A stretch of 45,673 nucleotides of DNA, the filler included, from Streblomastix strix (lineage: Eukaryota): the NCBI GenBank assembly GCA_008636045.1. It is 2 parts of 2 records of this genome, joined end to end, with 100 filler letters (N's around TTAATTAATTAA, not from the genome) between each part and the next. Parts side by side here need not be neighbours in the genome. Positions count along the whole stretch, not along the records: positions 1 to 22,796 come from SNRW01000307.1; 1 more part is not named here. The stretch is one strand, 5' to 3'. The notes under the pieces were generated by a model. That model made no database searches. It saw only the letters and a list, made by a program, of their open reading frames with translations, and was not told the origin of the DNA. Below, in pieces: positions 1-11,322 of the stretch; the first letter of the stretch is position 1, and each line of letters opens with the position of its first letter. A program made the translations under genes and the position numbers.

Positions 1-169
1 ATTCCATTTATTCGTGTCAATTAAGAAGAATATTGATGGTTTCTTCAATGATTTCACCAACGAATTCATAAACAAATATATATTTTTGTTCAAAATTCAA
101 TGAATTCATCAATAAATTTTAGGTTTCAGATTATAAAATTCATCAACCGACTCCTTCAACTTCACAATG

Positions 170-433
170 TAGTTATGAGAATATGGAGAGTGCCATACGT
201 TCAAAAATCAACATCATTAATTGATTCATTAATCAACTTCATTAATCAATTCATTAATTAACTTCAATATTTTCAAACAATAATTTTAATCAAGTGAATA
301 TTTTTATTTTACATTATTTTAATATCATTATTTATTATTATTATTCATTTTTATTATTTTATAATCATTATTTTAATTTAACATTATTTATTTTATTTTT
401 GTATGTGGAGCACTCTCCATATTCTCATAACTA
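170..433. repeat. Perfect 24-bp inverted repeat (170-193 / 410-433) abutting the left end of element 1
   Basis: tagttatgagaatatggagagtgc (170-193) is the exact reverse complement of gcactctccatattctcataacta (410-433). The TIR match starts at 436. Confidence 0.9.
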
Positions 434-435
434 TT

Positions 436-884
436 CGCCTTTGTTCGAAAATATTATTGTATTTGTTAAATCATCAGTTAAAAAAAAGAACTTGCGTGGT
501 TTTTTATAAATACTAATTCCTTTTGAAGTTATTGCATAAATAACTATTATATACTACTACTTGCTTTGCAAAGTCATAGACTAATATGTGCAAAATAAAT
601 AATAAATATCAACACCCTTATATAAAATAATTAAAATAAATAAATAACGGTTAAAAAAAGCTTTTTAAAAAAATATCTCCAAAAAGCCCCCCACATGAAT
701 TTGTAATAATATACAACAACAAATAATGGATACACATAATTTTAGTAATAATTTTAGCATGGAGATTTAACAAAAAATGTCATAGCCACGGACCGTTCCG
801 GGTGTTCCAGGTGTTTCGAGTAAAAAAATTGCTATAAAAAAGTGTGGCCAATCGGATAAACTGACCAAAAAATTTTTTTTTCTT
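436..884 (+). repeat. Left terminal inverted repeat of element 1 (outer ~125 bp missing)
   Basis: Reverse complement of 20845-21288, roughly 95% identical by eye, with mostly transition differences. Confidence 0.95.
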
Positions 885-1094
885 TCTCATAAGTTTGTAT
901 TATATTTTTTAACTACCATAATAAGGCTCTAATTATTTTATTGTACTTTTTATATTGCAAATTATACCATGTAAAGCTTCAACTTATATTTTCTTTAGCT
1001 CTATGTTAAAGTCTTTTATTTCTTTATTTAGTTGTTCGTACATTTGTTGTAGTTTAGGTTCTTAATCTTTTAAATGTTTATAAAGTTCTTCCAT
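780..1094 (-). CDS. Small coiled-coil hypothetical protein (MEELYKHLKDQEPKLQQMYEQL...), reading into the TIR
   Basis: Open in code 6 (104 aa). The 23 bp ending at its ATGG are identical to those of the HNH gene. The true 3' end is uncertain. Confidence 0.45.
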
Positions 1095-1122
1095 TTTTAT
1101 AATTAGTTAAAAATAATTATTA

Positions 1123-1792
1123 TCAATTATATAGGTCATACTCGCTAAATTTTTATTCTTGTTAATAATTTTATTCTATAGGCTCTTGTTGAATCTCTTG
1201 TTATTCCTCCTATTTTTCAGGTGTTTATTTTGGTTGTTTATAACGTTTTACTTTTTTTACTTGTATTTCCCTATTTATTTTATGGCATCTTAATGCTATT
1301 GCTTTATAAATGTGTTTTCAGTTCTTAAACGTATTAATTCTTCCAAAATCAAGCTATGGATTTGTATAGTTGATTTATAGCTATTTTGATGCTTTTATAA
1401 CTCTTTTATGTGGTTGTTTAGCCTCACGCTATTGCTTTATCGGCCTTTCGGGTCTTTCGCTTTGGCTAATTGTTTCATCATCGCTTTCGTTCATATCTTC
1501 TTAAATATCTCTGTGTCTTTCCTCCTATTATTCATAATTTATAAAATCTTTTTCTTCATCCACAACCTATTTTTAAACAGACAATTTTGATGGTTTTTTC
1601 TTTGTTTCTTTCCCCTCCTCGAGCTTATAGCAATAGCTTATTTTACTAAGTTTATGTCAATTTTCGCAGTTGCTTTTTGCCGTCTTTATATATCTTTATT
1701 TACTTGTTAATCTAAACAACATAACCTTTATCAAAGTATTCAATATTTGTTCCATTTTCTATCAAATTCTTAAGAACATGCGATAATTCCAT
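1123..1792 (-). pseudogene. Conserved element hypothetical protein A, with a +1 frameshift near 1345
   Basis: MELSHVLKNLIENGT...PQLD/LEELIRLRTEN...SEYDLYN*. Homologous to 41509-42065 (PQIDLEELIKLRTEN...NEFELY*). Length is 3n+1. Confidence 0.75.
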
Positions 1793-1816
1793 TTTAATAT
1801 TTTAAAAATTAATAAA
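1793..1816. promoter_or_regulatory. 24-bp bidirectional intergenic spacer, putative promoter
   Basis: Separates divergent ATGs and is nearly identical to the 24-bp divergent spacer at 6468-6491. Confidence 0.45.
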
Positions 1817-2511
1817 ATGATTAAGGGTATTGAAAGAAACGAAGTAAGAATGTCGAAGAATAAAAAATAAATGTCGGATATCAAGAAAAAAGATCTTACA
1901 GATGAGGATAAAATTAGACTCTAACTAATCGATGAAGCAATTAATCGTATAAAAATGATGCCTACGGACTAAGAAACAGCACAATAAAAACCTATAGAAA
2001 ATTAGAATGAAAACATACCACATAAAAAGTATAACATAAATAGATATAAAGAAGTTGATAGAACAACCGCATAAGTATTAACGGAAGAGGCAATATAATA
2101 GTTAGCAGAAGAATAGTCAAAAAGTGTATACCTATCACATCCTAATCTCATAGTATAAAAGTTTGTGATTGATGTTATTTGGCGCACCATTACTCACAGA
2201 TAACGAGGAGACGATTTTTGTTTTTTCATCTGAAAATTTTATAAAATTTTGGGCACTAATCACGCAGAATGATGAGAATGATGTTGAAATCGTTCTAGAG
2301 GAAGCAATTATATAACCACATACTTGCATACCTAAAAAGTACAAGAAAAAGGACTTGATTAGAGTATAAGATATTTTAATAAAAAAATGTATCTGTAAAA
2401 GTGTTGGATAATGTGCTATATAACTCTATTGAAAAACTTTATCGAGTGAATTGCGACTTCATCCGTTTAAGCGAAGCACCAGAGATAGAAATAACAGAAA
2501 ATGATTTTTGA
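1817..2511 (+). pseudogene. Conserved element hypothetical protein B, with two +1 homopolymer frameshifts (~2218, ~2385)
   Basis: Aligns with the intact homolog at 42097-42843 (EDKIRLQLID, YLSHxNL, ENDxEIVLEE, VLYNSIEKLYRVNCDF). Confidence 0.8.
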
Positions 2512-2561
2512 AAATATTTATAACCATATTTATTTTTTTAATATTTTTATTATCTATAAAA

Positions 2562-2978
2562 ATGGACCAGCTAGAAATTGTTTTAAGAGGCAAATTGTTG
2601 GTACATCCTCAAAATATGCCGAAAGAAATATACGTAGAACCAATTTATTAATGCAGTGATGATTTTTACCAACGAACATTAAGTAAAAATAATAAGCCAT
2701 ATTATAAGTTGTTAAAACGATATGGAAAATAACCTGATAAATACCCACAAACAGTAAATATAATGATTGAAAAGCGGAACAATAAACATATCGACGATAT
2801 AATTAAAGAATATACAAAACAAATGAAGGTCTTATGTGATAACAGGGATTTTGGGGTAAAATACCGAGAATTAAAAGAAGATGCAGAATAAATGTAATTT
2901 TAAACAAAATATAATAAATACGGATAATGTGGTGTCAAATGTCTTGTTAATTGTATTGATTACTATGTTAATAAATGA
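2562..2978 (+). CDS. Conserved element hypothetical protein C (138 aa)
   Basis: Intact in code 6. Homolog at 42891-43337 (VEPIYQCxDDFYQ, KLLKRY, PQTV, VKYRELKE). Confidence 0.8.
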
Positions 2979-3003
2979 TATGATTTATTTTTGGATTATA
3001 AAA

Positions 3004-4051
3004 ATGAATAATTAACCAATTAGCGATTTATCATTACTTGACGACGAAGATTTAATAAATCAAAAAGAGGAATAAAAAAGGTTAAAAAAAATATATGCAG
3101 AATAACAAAATTAAACTAGATAAAAAAATATTCCATTACAAATTATAGGCAACGAAATTATTAAATACTTTAATTATTTTAGTTAATTTTTTTAAGAATT
3201 CAATTGAATATGTTAATCTACGAACTAGTCAAATAATAGACGGAGTAAAAACCTTTTTATAGCCTATTGTTGCTTAAAAATTCATTAAAAATAAAGATAT
3301 ATGCAACCAAATTTTACTCGCTAATGGAGATACAACTGATATAGCTGATTTTTTGCCTATATAATATCCTCACGCGTTTGGGTAAATGACTATAGAACCG
3401 AATGATGACATACGTAATTAAGGCATACGGATAATGAAAAATTAAGCAAATTGGGACAGTTTTATACTCACTGGCTGTAATGCTGACCCCACAAATAGAG
3501 ATGTAGTATGGAAAATGGGATCAACTTCATCATAACTTAGGATTTAAAAATAAGAGGATGAGGCATATGATTATAAAGGTATAATTATTGGTTTTGATTG
3601 CACCACATTAAAATTCAACAATTAAATTGTAGCTCTTATACCTACCCCTCCTATTGATTATGCAATTTAATAGTCATTAGGTATTGGCGTATTTGATTCT
3701 TTTACTTAGGGGTAAGTAATGTTACAAAATAACCGTGTATATATTTCTATAGCAATAACTCACTCAGACCCTAATACTTATTGGAATACTGGATATACTA
3801 TATTTTCTGTTATGAATGATGCAGCAAAACCAAAATTTAGTGGATCACCTCGTACTTTGCCCCTTAATGCAGTTATGTACGTAACAAAATAATCTTATAA
3901 TCCAGTGGTATGGACTAATGCAGTTGCCATTGATTGTTATGTTGATGTTGATGGGCATATTAAAATTAATGCTATATGTTAGTTTTATTTACCTGGTGAT
4001 TTTTGTGTATAGTTTTGCGATTCATATGTTGTTTATAATTAATCAGCTTGA
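3004..4051 (+). pseudogene. Putative fibre / receptor-binding protein 1 (frameshift in T-run near 3190)
   Basis: N-terminal coiled coil, tail-fibre-like QIIDGVKTF...NQILLANGDT motif, and a beta-rich C-terminus shared with 43358-44110. Function is inferred. Confidence 0.6.
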
Positions 4052-4069
4052 AATTTTAAAAATAAATAA

Positions 4070-4210
4070 ATGGAAGGATTTAATGAAAGCATTAGTACGT
4101 AGTCCATCATTTATTCCCTTGAATAATTAAATATAAATTGGCATGCAATCTTTAAGGCTATTTGGGAGGCAGCAATCAAATATGCTTGTGAATCGAAAAT
4201 TTGCCGGTGA
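4070..4210 (+). CDS. 46-aa protein with an amphipathic segment (INWHAIFKAIWEAAIKY)
   Basis: Clean ATG-TGA ORF. The 20 bp ending at its ATGG are identical to those of 6492-6698. Confidence 0.5.
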
Positions 4211-4235
4211 AAAATTTAATTTTATTTTTATATAA

Positions 4236-4376
4236 ATGATTTGGGAAATAATAACTAGTATATCATTAATGGTTATAGCTTGTAATGATTTGCTTGGTTG
4301 TATATTAGTAACAGCATAAATAAAAATGGATAGCGAAGAAATTATCGAAGAGGTTAGGAATTCAATATATGGATGA
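4236..4376 (+). CDS. 46-aa small membrane protein (MIWEIITSISLMVIACNDLL...)
   Basis: Hydrophobic N-terminus. Same-length homolog at 44105-44245 with the same stop position. Confidence 0.75.
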
Positions 4377-4478
4377 GTCAGGGCTGCAAAGCAGGCCGCA
4401 AGGAATAATAAACAAAAATAATGAAAAACTAATTATTTTTACCCACTAATCATTACGGACCCCTTACCATGTCTTTGC

Positions 4479-6467
4479 TCAACCGCTTCTAATTGATGAA
4501 CCGCCTATCTCTCCTATAACATCCATGCTTAATACTTATGGGTCTGGGTTATCATCAAATGTTATGCGAATAAATGCATCACACAAATAGTGCATAATTG
4601 GTGTTAGTGCTACCTGATGTGGATCTGGGTAGCTTCGCATTACAATAAATTGCTTAAAATCATTCTAGTTCATTGATGGATTTAATTATGTGGTATCTAT
4701 AATTTCTTTAGTCAAATTTCCTTTTAAAAATTACTTATATATTTGTCCTAGCAGCTATTTTTGAAGAGTTATAACTTCGCATAAATGAGTCATCAGTTGC
4801 CATTTTCCATTCCAGCATATACTTATTTGGGTTTAATGTTTTTGCGGCTTTACTTCCATTATATAATGTTGTATTATAAAATATATTAGCATTAGCTCCT
4901 ACGTTACCTCCAGCGTCAACATATCCATAAAAATTGTTTTTATCATCAACATTTACATTTTCAAAAGTAAGTGAATCGTATAGGTCTGATGGAGCACTTA
5001 CAACATCTTAATCGACAAAACAATCAAACATTTAGCTATTAGTTGTTTGGGTTAAAGCTTTATACGATTATGGTATTAAATTCTTTTAATCATCAACTAA
5101 ATTAAAGTTACAAAATAGAATAGGAAAAAACCAAGTAGGATCTTGTGGCATAGCAAATGTCTTGAATAGTTCCTTTATATTATCAAATGACATTATACTT
5201 TACATACTACCAGAAACAGCCTAAAAACCACTGAAGGGAAAATTTGAAGATTAAGACCTTATAACTTATGTTGGGAAATTTATTATTCTTTATGCTTGTA
5301 TCATCTAAATAATTGCATCTTCATTTTCTATATTAAAAAGTACATTTTATATTTCTAGCTCTTTAAATTTGGCATCTGATATTTAACTAATGGATTTTTA
5401 TGGTACTGTTGCATTATTCGCAACATTTTACATATTTACGAGCCTAACAGCATATTATTCATATGATAGTGGAGCCGCATTATTATCACTTAATAAATAA
5501 ACAACGTCTGGTTTCTCTGGTGGAATCATCGCATATGCCAAATGACGGTTTTTAATAGTATCTGATTTATTTAGCCCCACAATTTTTAAATCCTAAAGGA
5601 AATACTACACCCATAGTTATAAGTATAATGATGTATAGTTTCTTGTCAGTACGGGGAATGAGTTAAAAATTGGGTTAAATTAGATCAAATCTAATACACC
5701 GCTAAAAGTTATATCATGTTCTATTCAATAATAATATGGTGTTCTTTGTTATCCTGCTGCTGCTGTAGCTTATAAATCTATTTCACAAAATGATATATCC
5801 AAGAAAATACCGCAATGACGTTTACCAGCAATGACACTCTCGAATGGTGAGATACTGACGCTATTATTAGTGCATAAATCTGTTAATGAATTTGAACAAA
5901 TAACTGCTTACTCTCTCGCATATATTGCTGTATTCCATAAGTTTTAAGCATCTTGTAATATTGCAAACTAATTAAAGGATCCGCAAGCCGTGGAGAAACC
6001 AAGACAAAACTTCAGGTGTTCGCTTTTTCTTCACCATCAGCAGTTTTTCCATAATATTTTTATTCACCTTATGTCATAATCATAGGGTCTGCAGTGAGGT
6101 CATTATTTGCATTAAAATTAACCCTTGCTCTTAATTCGTCGTCGTCACTTCCTGAATCTTCACACCTATTTAGTTACATGGCTAATATATTTGCTGGGAT
6201 TGTTATAGTTCAATTTATTTTGCAGGTTTATACCATTGTACAAGTTGCTGTACCTCTAGCAGCCAATGGCGCACGTGTATATCTAACACCTGATGATGTA
6301 AGTTAATTTACTGGCTAGTCAAAAAATTATTGTTTAGAAATTGCGAAGGATTAGGCATGAATTGATAGTATTTTTAACTCCTCACCAAGTTGCATGTATC
6401 CACTAATATAATCGGAGTGTTGCATTTTGGATAGTCTTTAAAGGTATTCAGATGCTGAGAGTGACAT
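4479..6467 (-). pseudogene. Putative major capsid protein (double jelly-roll), disrupted
   Basis: ~660 codons, beta-strand-rich (MSLSASEYLQRL...FIRITFDDNPDPQVLSMDVIGEIGGSSIRSG*). Internal TGAs and frameshifts (~6020, ~4728). The MCP call rests on size, composition and context, not on a diagnostic motif. Confidence 0.6.
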
Positions 6468-6491
6468 TTTAATATTTTTAAAAATAAATAA
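6468..6491. promoter_or_regulatory. 24-bp bidirectional spacer between the putative MCP and the amphipathic protein
   Basis: tttaatatttttaaaaataaataa versus tttaatattttaaaaattaataaa at 1793-1816. Confidence 0.45.
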
Positions 6492-6698
6492 ATGGGATTT
6501 TTCAGTGGTATAGCAAACATTGGAAGTAAAATTTTGGGAGATATTAAACATGCAGCTTAATGGGTAGCACCAACTCTTCATAAGGTACTATCAACAATAT
6601 CAGGCCCCGTAGGAATGATACACCCAGGAATTTGTGGAGCATTAGGTGCTGGGGCTAACCTTGCAGGAGCCGTGTATCGACTTGTAAATAAGCGTTGA
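6492..6698 (+). CDS. 68-aa Gly/Ala-rich amphipathic-helix protein, candidate membrane-penetration protein
   Basis: MGFFSGIANIGSKILGDIKHAAQWVAPTLHKVLSTISGPVGMIHPGICGALGAGANLAGAVYRLVNKR*. Intact and head-to-head with the putative MCP. Confidence 0.75.
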
Positions 6699-6828
6699 AA
6701 CAGAGCTCCGAAGGAGGCCGCCATAATTAGTCATAAACATTAGTCTCTGACATTTTTTTATCAAAAAAGTGGTTGCGGTTCGTTCCACACCTTTGATACT
6801 TTGCATTCCTTATTTTATTTTTATTAAA

Positions 6829-8553
6829 ATGATTACCTAAATTAATCCATTAACACAGCAACAAATCCGAACAGTTCGTTAGCTTATCACTAATGATATA
6901 GCGTATTATATACAGTACTAGAAAAGGGGAAGCTCTAGCGGTGGAATGTTGCAAAATGATGAGTATTAACTGTTCATAGATAATGATAACGCACTAGTAT
7001 ATGCAGCTAATAATTAAATAGTTGATGGTTATGCAGCTGATTATGCACTCAAAATAGCACCAAATGGATTATTGACAATAAAGAATTTAAAGGTAAAAAA
7101 CTTTGATTTTGTTGCATAAATTAATCAATTAATTAATGAAGTAAATTAACTGTAGTCGTCAATAGTAGGGGTAGAGTAAGATATTGATGGATTAAAAAAT
7201 GATGTATTAACTATATAGTAAGAACTAGCGTGATAAACACATTTCTGAGGCTATTATTTGTTGAATAGTGCTATATAAAATTTGCTTAATTCGGCAAATG
7301 GAGACTTTGCATTTAGTGCAGAAAGTGGAACTGTATGGATGTATGAAACTGATTGGTGTAACAGTGGTGATGTGGTCCCTGATTAGGTAACCCCTGCCAG
7401 TGATGCAATATCATCAAATTCTAATGGAAATGGAAGTGCAGGAACTAGTAATGAATATGCATGAGGAGACCATTAACATCTTTTGTAAGTTTCCACGGTT
7501 TTACCTGCAAAAGATACTGCAAATGGTGAGGCAGGAGTTGCTACCACTTATGCCAGATCTAACCATACACATCATGTAAATCTAAATAATGATGTACCAC
7601 TAAAAGATATGGGAAGTGGAACAGCAGATACGGCAAATATTTATGCTAATGCAACACATTAACATTCATTAAATGTTAATCCAACAACTGCAAATGTTCC
7701 ACTGGTAAATGCTACTGCTGCGGCTAATGGTACAAGTGATTTTTTAGTAGAAATGACTATGTCCATCCATAGTAATTAACTTATAACGGAAATATTACCG
7801 CAACTAAATTTAATAAAACAGGCGAATTGGCTTTGGAAGTACTTTGCTCTAATGGTGATTCAATAAACGGAGTGGTTGATATAGCATCTGATTAATCCAT
7901 TACTGATGCAAAACCATTTAATAATATATTTTAAATAGTTCCTATTGGTAATGGAGTAGTTGATACTGGAACAGATTAAATAATTATGAGTATAAAAACA
8001 TTTGAAAAAGTTGTATAAATTAATCCAAATGGTGATAATTTTAATGATGGAGTAAGAATATCACGATCGGCTAATAGTGATTATTGTGGAATTTATTTAA
8101 GTTATAATCCTCAATCAACAACGGGAACATTAACGGATTAGTGGAGTATGGTAAATACCCCTACTGGTGAATTAAGGATAAGAGTTAATACGTAAATAAA
8201 TCAGAATTACGGACTAATGATATCCGCCGATGGAAACACGTTAAATTTTTATGGTAAAATGAATTCAGGTAATTTATAAATTAACCCTTCAGCTACTAAA
8301 TATGATGATGGATTGAGAATATCAAGAACAATAAATAACACAGGTGGATATTCAATTTTCTTAGGACGTAGTAGATCATCCACTGTTGGAAAAATTGATA
8401 ATTAATAGTAAATATTTACACCACCAAATACCGCTATATCTAACCCTTAATGTTTTGTTATAGCGATTGTAAGCTGATTCAGGTGATACAGCCAGAGGTT
8501 TATAAATTAGTGCAGATGGAAATACTTTAACATTCAATGGTAGAACATTATGA
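6829..8553 (+). pseudogene. Long phage-tail-fibre-like protein 2 with internal repeats, disrupted
   Basis: Coiled coil, four ~31-aa repeats ending YARxDHxH-like, then two modules ending GLxISADGNTLxF. In-frame TGA at 7231, 7246 and 7462; frameshifts near 7741 and 8474. Confidence 0.7.
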
Positions 8554-8595
8554 TTTTCTTAGTTTATGCTAATGCAACAATTTATTTTTAAATAA

Positions 8596-9050
8596 ATGGC
8601 CACATGCAAAGACCCTATAAATAGCTCTTTAATGATGTAATTAAGTAAAATTTTGAAAGTGATGATTCAATAAAAGCAACAATTGACGCACTACAAAAAT
8701 TGTTAGTAAAAGATAAAGAAATAATACTGCACCCATTACTCTAAGAACTAACAAGAATAAATAAGTAGTTCATGAATTAATAAAACAAATTACAACAAAT
8801 AAAGCAGTATGTTGATGCAGAAGATTATAAAAATAAACTGTTCAACGAGTAAGAAAAATATTACAAAAATAAGTATAATTTTATTAAAGAACAACTAGAT
8901 TAAAACAATTAGCCATAGCAAATAAAGATATACATTATATCTGATGCAAATGAACAGGAAAAATAAATATATAATGATTTTGTTAATGAAACATAAAATA
9001 GTGGTTTGGTCAATTATTATTAGATGAATTTAACCGCATCAATAAATTGA
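8596..9050 (+). pseudogene. Hypothetical helical protein, frameshift near the start
   Basis: Long open frame to TGA 9048-9050. The ATG at 8596 is offset by one base. Confidence 0.5.
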
Positions 9051-9278
9051 AGTATTATATATATTCTATTATTTACACTGTTTTATCCTGCAAAGATTCT
9101 AAAAAACAATAATGACTTTTAAATTAATGGTAAATTTATTTTTCTTGATAATTCATGTAATTATTTTCAATTAATGCTTCAAATATTTTGAATATCTCAT
9201 AGTCCGTAACGTTATATTATAGGCCAATGTTTGTAGCTAATTTATATATAGAATCCATTTTATTTACATACAAAATAA

Positions 9279-10295
9279 TCAATTTCTCAATATTTCATAC
9301 TTGCTGAAAAACTTGTTTAAAATAATAAATTCATATTTTTATAATGTGGAATATAGCAGTAAAAACTCTTCAAAATCAAGGTTTTATATAGTATTTTCTT
9401 CATATACTTGTTTTAAATCACTCTCTCCAAGATTAGCGCCTATTGTTATTACATGGGATAATATCCTTGCAGTTTTAAACAAATAACTTGGACGTTAAGC
9501 TATAAAAAATATCGTATTTTTCGAATGTCGAGAGTCTGAAACCAAATGGGTAGTTGATTTAGTCAGTGAAGAATTAAAACGTTAGATATCGGCATTACTT
9601 CCAATATCATCAAAAAGCATTAATGTATTTAACAATTATGCTTTAAAAAGTACTGGTATTTTCATTATTTTTATATCAGCTGTTTGTTTATCATCTATCA
9701 CCTTCATTTTCTTTTCATAGCTAATATTTTTAATAAGTGCTGGAATATCAAAACGTAATATTTTAAATGGCTAGCTATATTTATTTATTGTTTCTATATC
9801 ATATTATTTGAATAAATCAGCTATTCGTTTTAAATAATCTTGTGGCTTTTCATTTGCTTTAGCTTCATTTTATTATATTATTTTTTCTTCGACTCTTTTT
9901 ATAAAATCACTAATATATTCGAAACCTTACTCATGCAATTTATACCAAGTATGCATCTCCTTAGTTGAATTTTTTATTTCATCAAATTCTAGTAAAAACA
10001 ACATTGCTTCCCCATATGTTATATTGGTTAATTATATGTTTTTACTGTTAGGATTTAATGTTATTGTCTCATCAACACCATAATTTGAAAAGTATAATAT
10101 GTATGGATTAATTACTTTTTAGTATATTACTATTAGCTTAGATATTAACGTTGTTTTACCTGAACTAACAGTTCCAACTATATAATGGTTTCCATTAATG
10201 AGGAATAAGGAGTTTTTAGTTAGTGGTCCTGTTTTATAGTCGTTAAGTAGATCCTAGTTTGAAAATGTTATGTTTTGTATATCATGTAGTGTCAT
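9279..10295 (-). CDS. A32/FtsK-HerA-type genome packaging ATPase (338 aa)
   Basis: Walker A YIVGTVSSGKTT, Walker B LMLFDDIG, Arg-finger SDSRHSK and FFIAQR. Intact in code 6. Confidence 0.9.
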
Positions 10296-10518
10296 GTTTT
10301 TAAAAATAATATAATGAATATACTTAGTTTGTTTATGTATCTAATGAATTACATATATTTTGGAGTTATTTTTTATTATATCTGTTTGGTCTGAATCTAT
10401 TCCTGAGCAATTAACCGATATCGTTAATTTAATTAAAAAATTATGGGGCTATTTTGATATAACACCTGTACCTCTAAATATAACGGTTTATGTTATATTA
10501 TTTTTTTATAAAAGAAAA

Positions 10519-10677
10519 ATGGAGCACTAGCTCGGAGACAAACAACAGCCTAAAATACATTCGTCATAGCTAACCGTTGAATAAATAAAACAATTTTTGA
10601 ATGATGCAATTTAATAAAAAGACTTGGAATTAGCGTAGCATTTTCGTTATATTTTATACCTTAAACTATTAAATTGA
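10519..10677 (+). CDS. 52-aa hypothetical protein
   Basis: Clean ORF MEHQLGDKQQ...QFLNDAIQQKDLELAQHFRYILYLKLLN* with an A-rich start context. Confidence 0.5.
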
Positions 10678-10733
10678 CCATAAAAATAAATGGTATGATT
10701 TTTATTTTCTATTTTTTTTAACTAATTATAAAA

Positions 10734-11303
10734 ATGGCTGAAATAAACGAATGGTAAATACTAGTTGTTGATAATGATTACGAAATCATGACTGAAGAAC
10801 CACACGTTATAAGACGAATTAGAGACTAATTTATTCCAAAAATTTGCGTCAATGGTCATGGTTATTAATAAATAAGATTAAGCGGATAATCAAAATAATA
10901 TCACCGTGTTTTAGCATAATAGTTTATACCAAATCCTAATAACTTACCTTAAATCGACCACAAAGACCGTAACCCTTTAAGTAATAGTTTGGCAAATCTC
11001 TGGTGGGTAACTTCTTCTGTTAACTTGAAAAATTGGTCATTTTATAAAGATATCGTTTTTGAGTATGTCCCTTAACTAACTGATGATGCAATAGTTGTGA
11101 ATGAGTATGGAAAATAACACTATGAATTCTTATAGTTCGATAATGATAATTTTTATTTCTATACAGATACAGTAAATAGATAATTGCTTATTAATGAAAA
11201 TAAAAATAATGGTATTTAGTTTGTATACGCTTATGATACAACTAATACCAGAAGGGCAATTTATCTCAATAAATTTAAGCAATTATACAATATACAATTT
11301 TGA
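10734..11303 (+). CDS. HNH homing-type endonuclease (HNH_3-like, 189 aa)
   Basis: HRVLAQQFIPNPNNLPQIDHKDRNPLSNSLANLWWVTSSVN. Open frame. Confidence 0.9.
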
Positions 11304-11322
11304 AAAATAAATTATTTTTGCC

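Noticed and set aside
214..266. Short tandem ttcattaatcaa-like repeats as a CRISPR array or element end
   Set aside because: Degenerate 12-13 bp AT-rich units with no spacers in a eukaryotic context; ordinary low complexity.
2880..2978. Q...CGxxC motif suggesting an adenain-like protease in gene C
   Set aside because: The homolog reads GQFSIKC, so the putative catalytic Cys is not conserved, and no HW...D motif is seen.
4374..4424. Premature stop in the small membrane gene with a basic read-through tail
   Set aside because: The element 2 homolog stops at the same codon, so it is the natural end.
7231..7464. TGA recoded as Arg or selenocysteine
   Set aside because: TGA is the only terminator, homologs share TGA ends, and the same genes also carry frameshifts. 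Decay is the simpler explanation.
9020..9258. Minus-strand ORF MDSIYKLATNIGL... downstream of the ATPase
   Set aside because: The start is plausible, but no clear stop precedes the overlap with the opposite gene and no homolog is present in the window.
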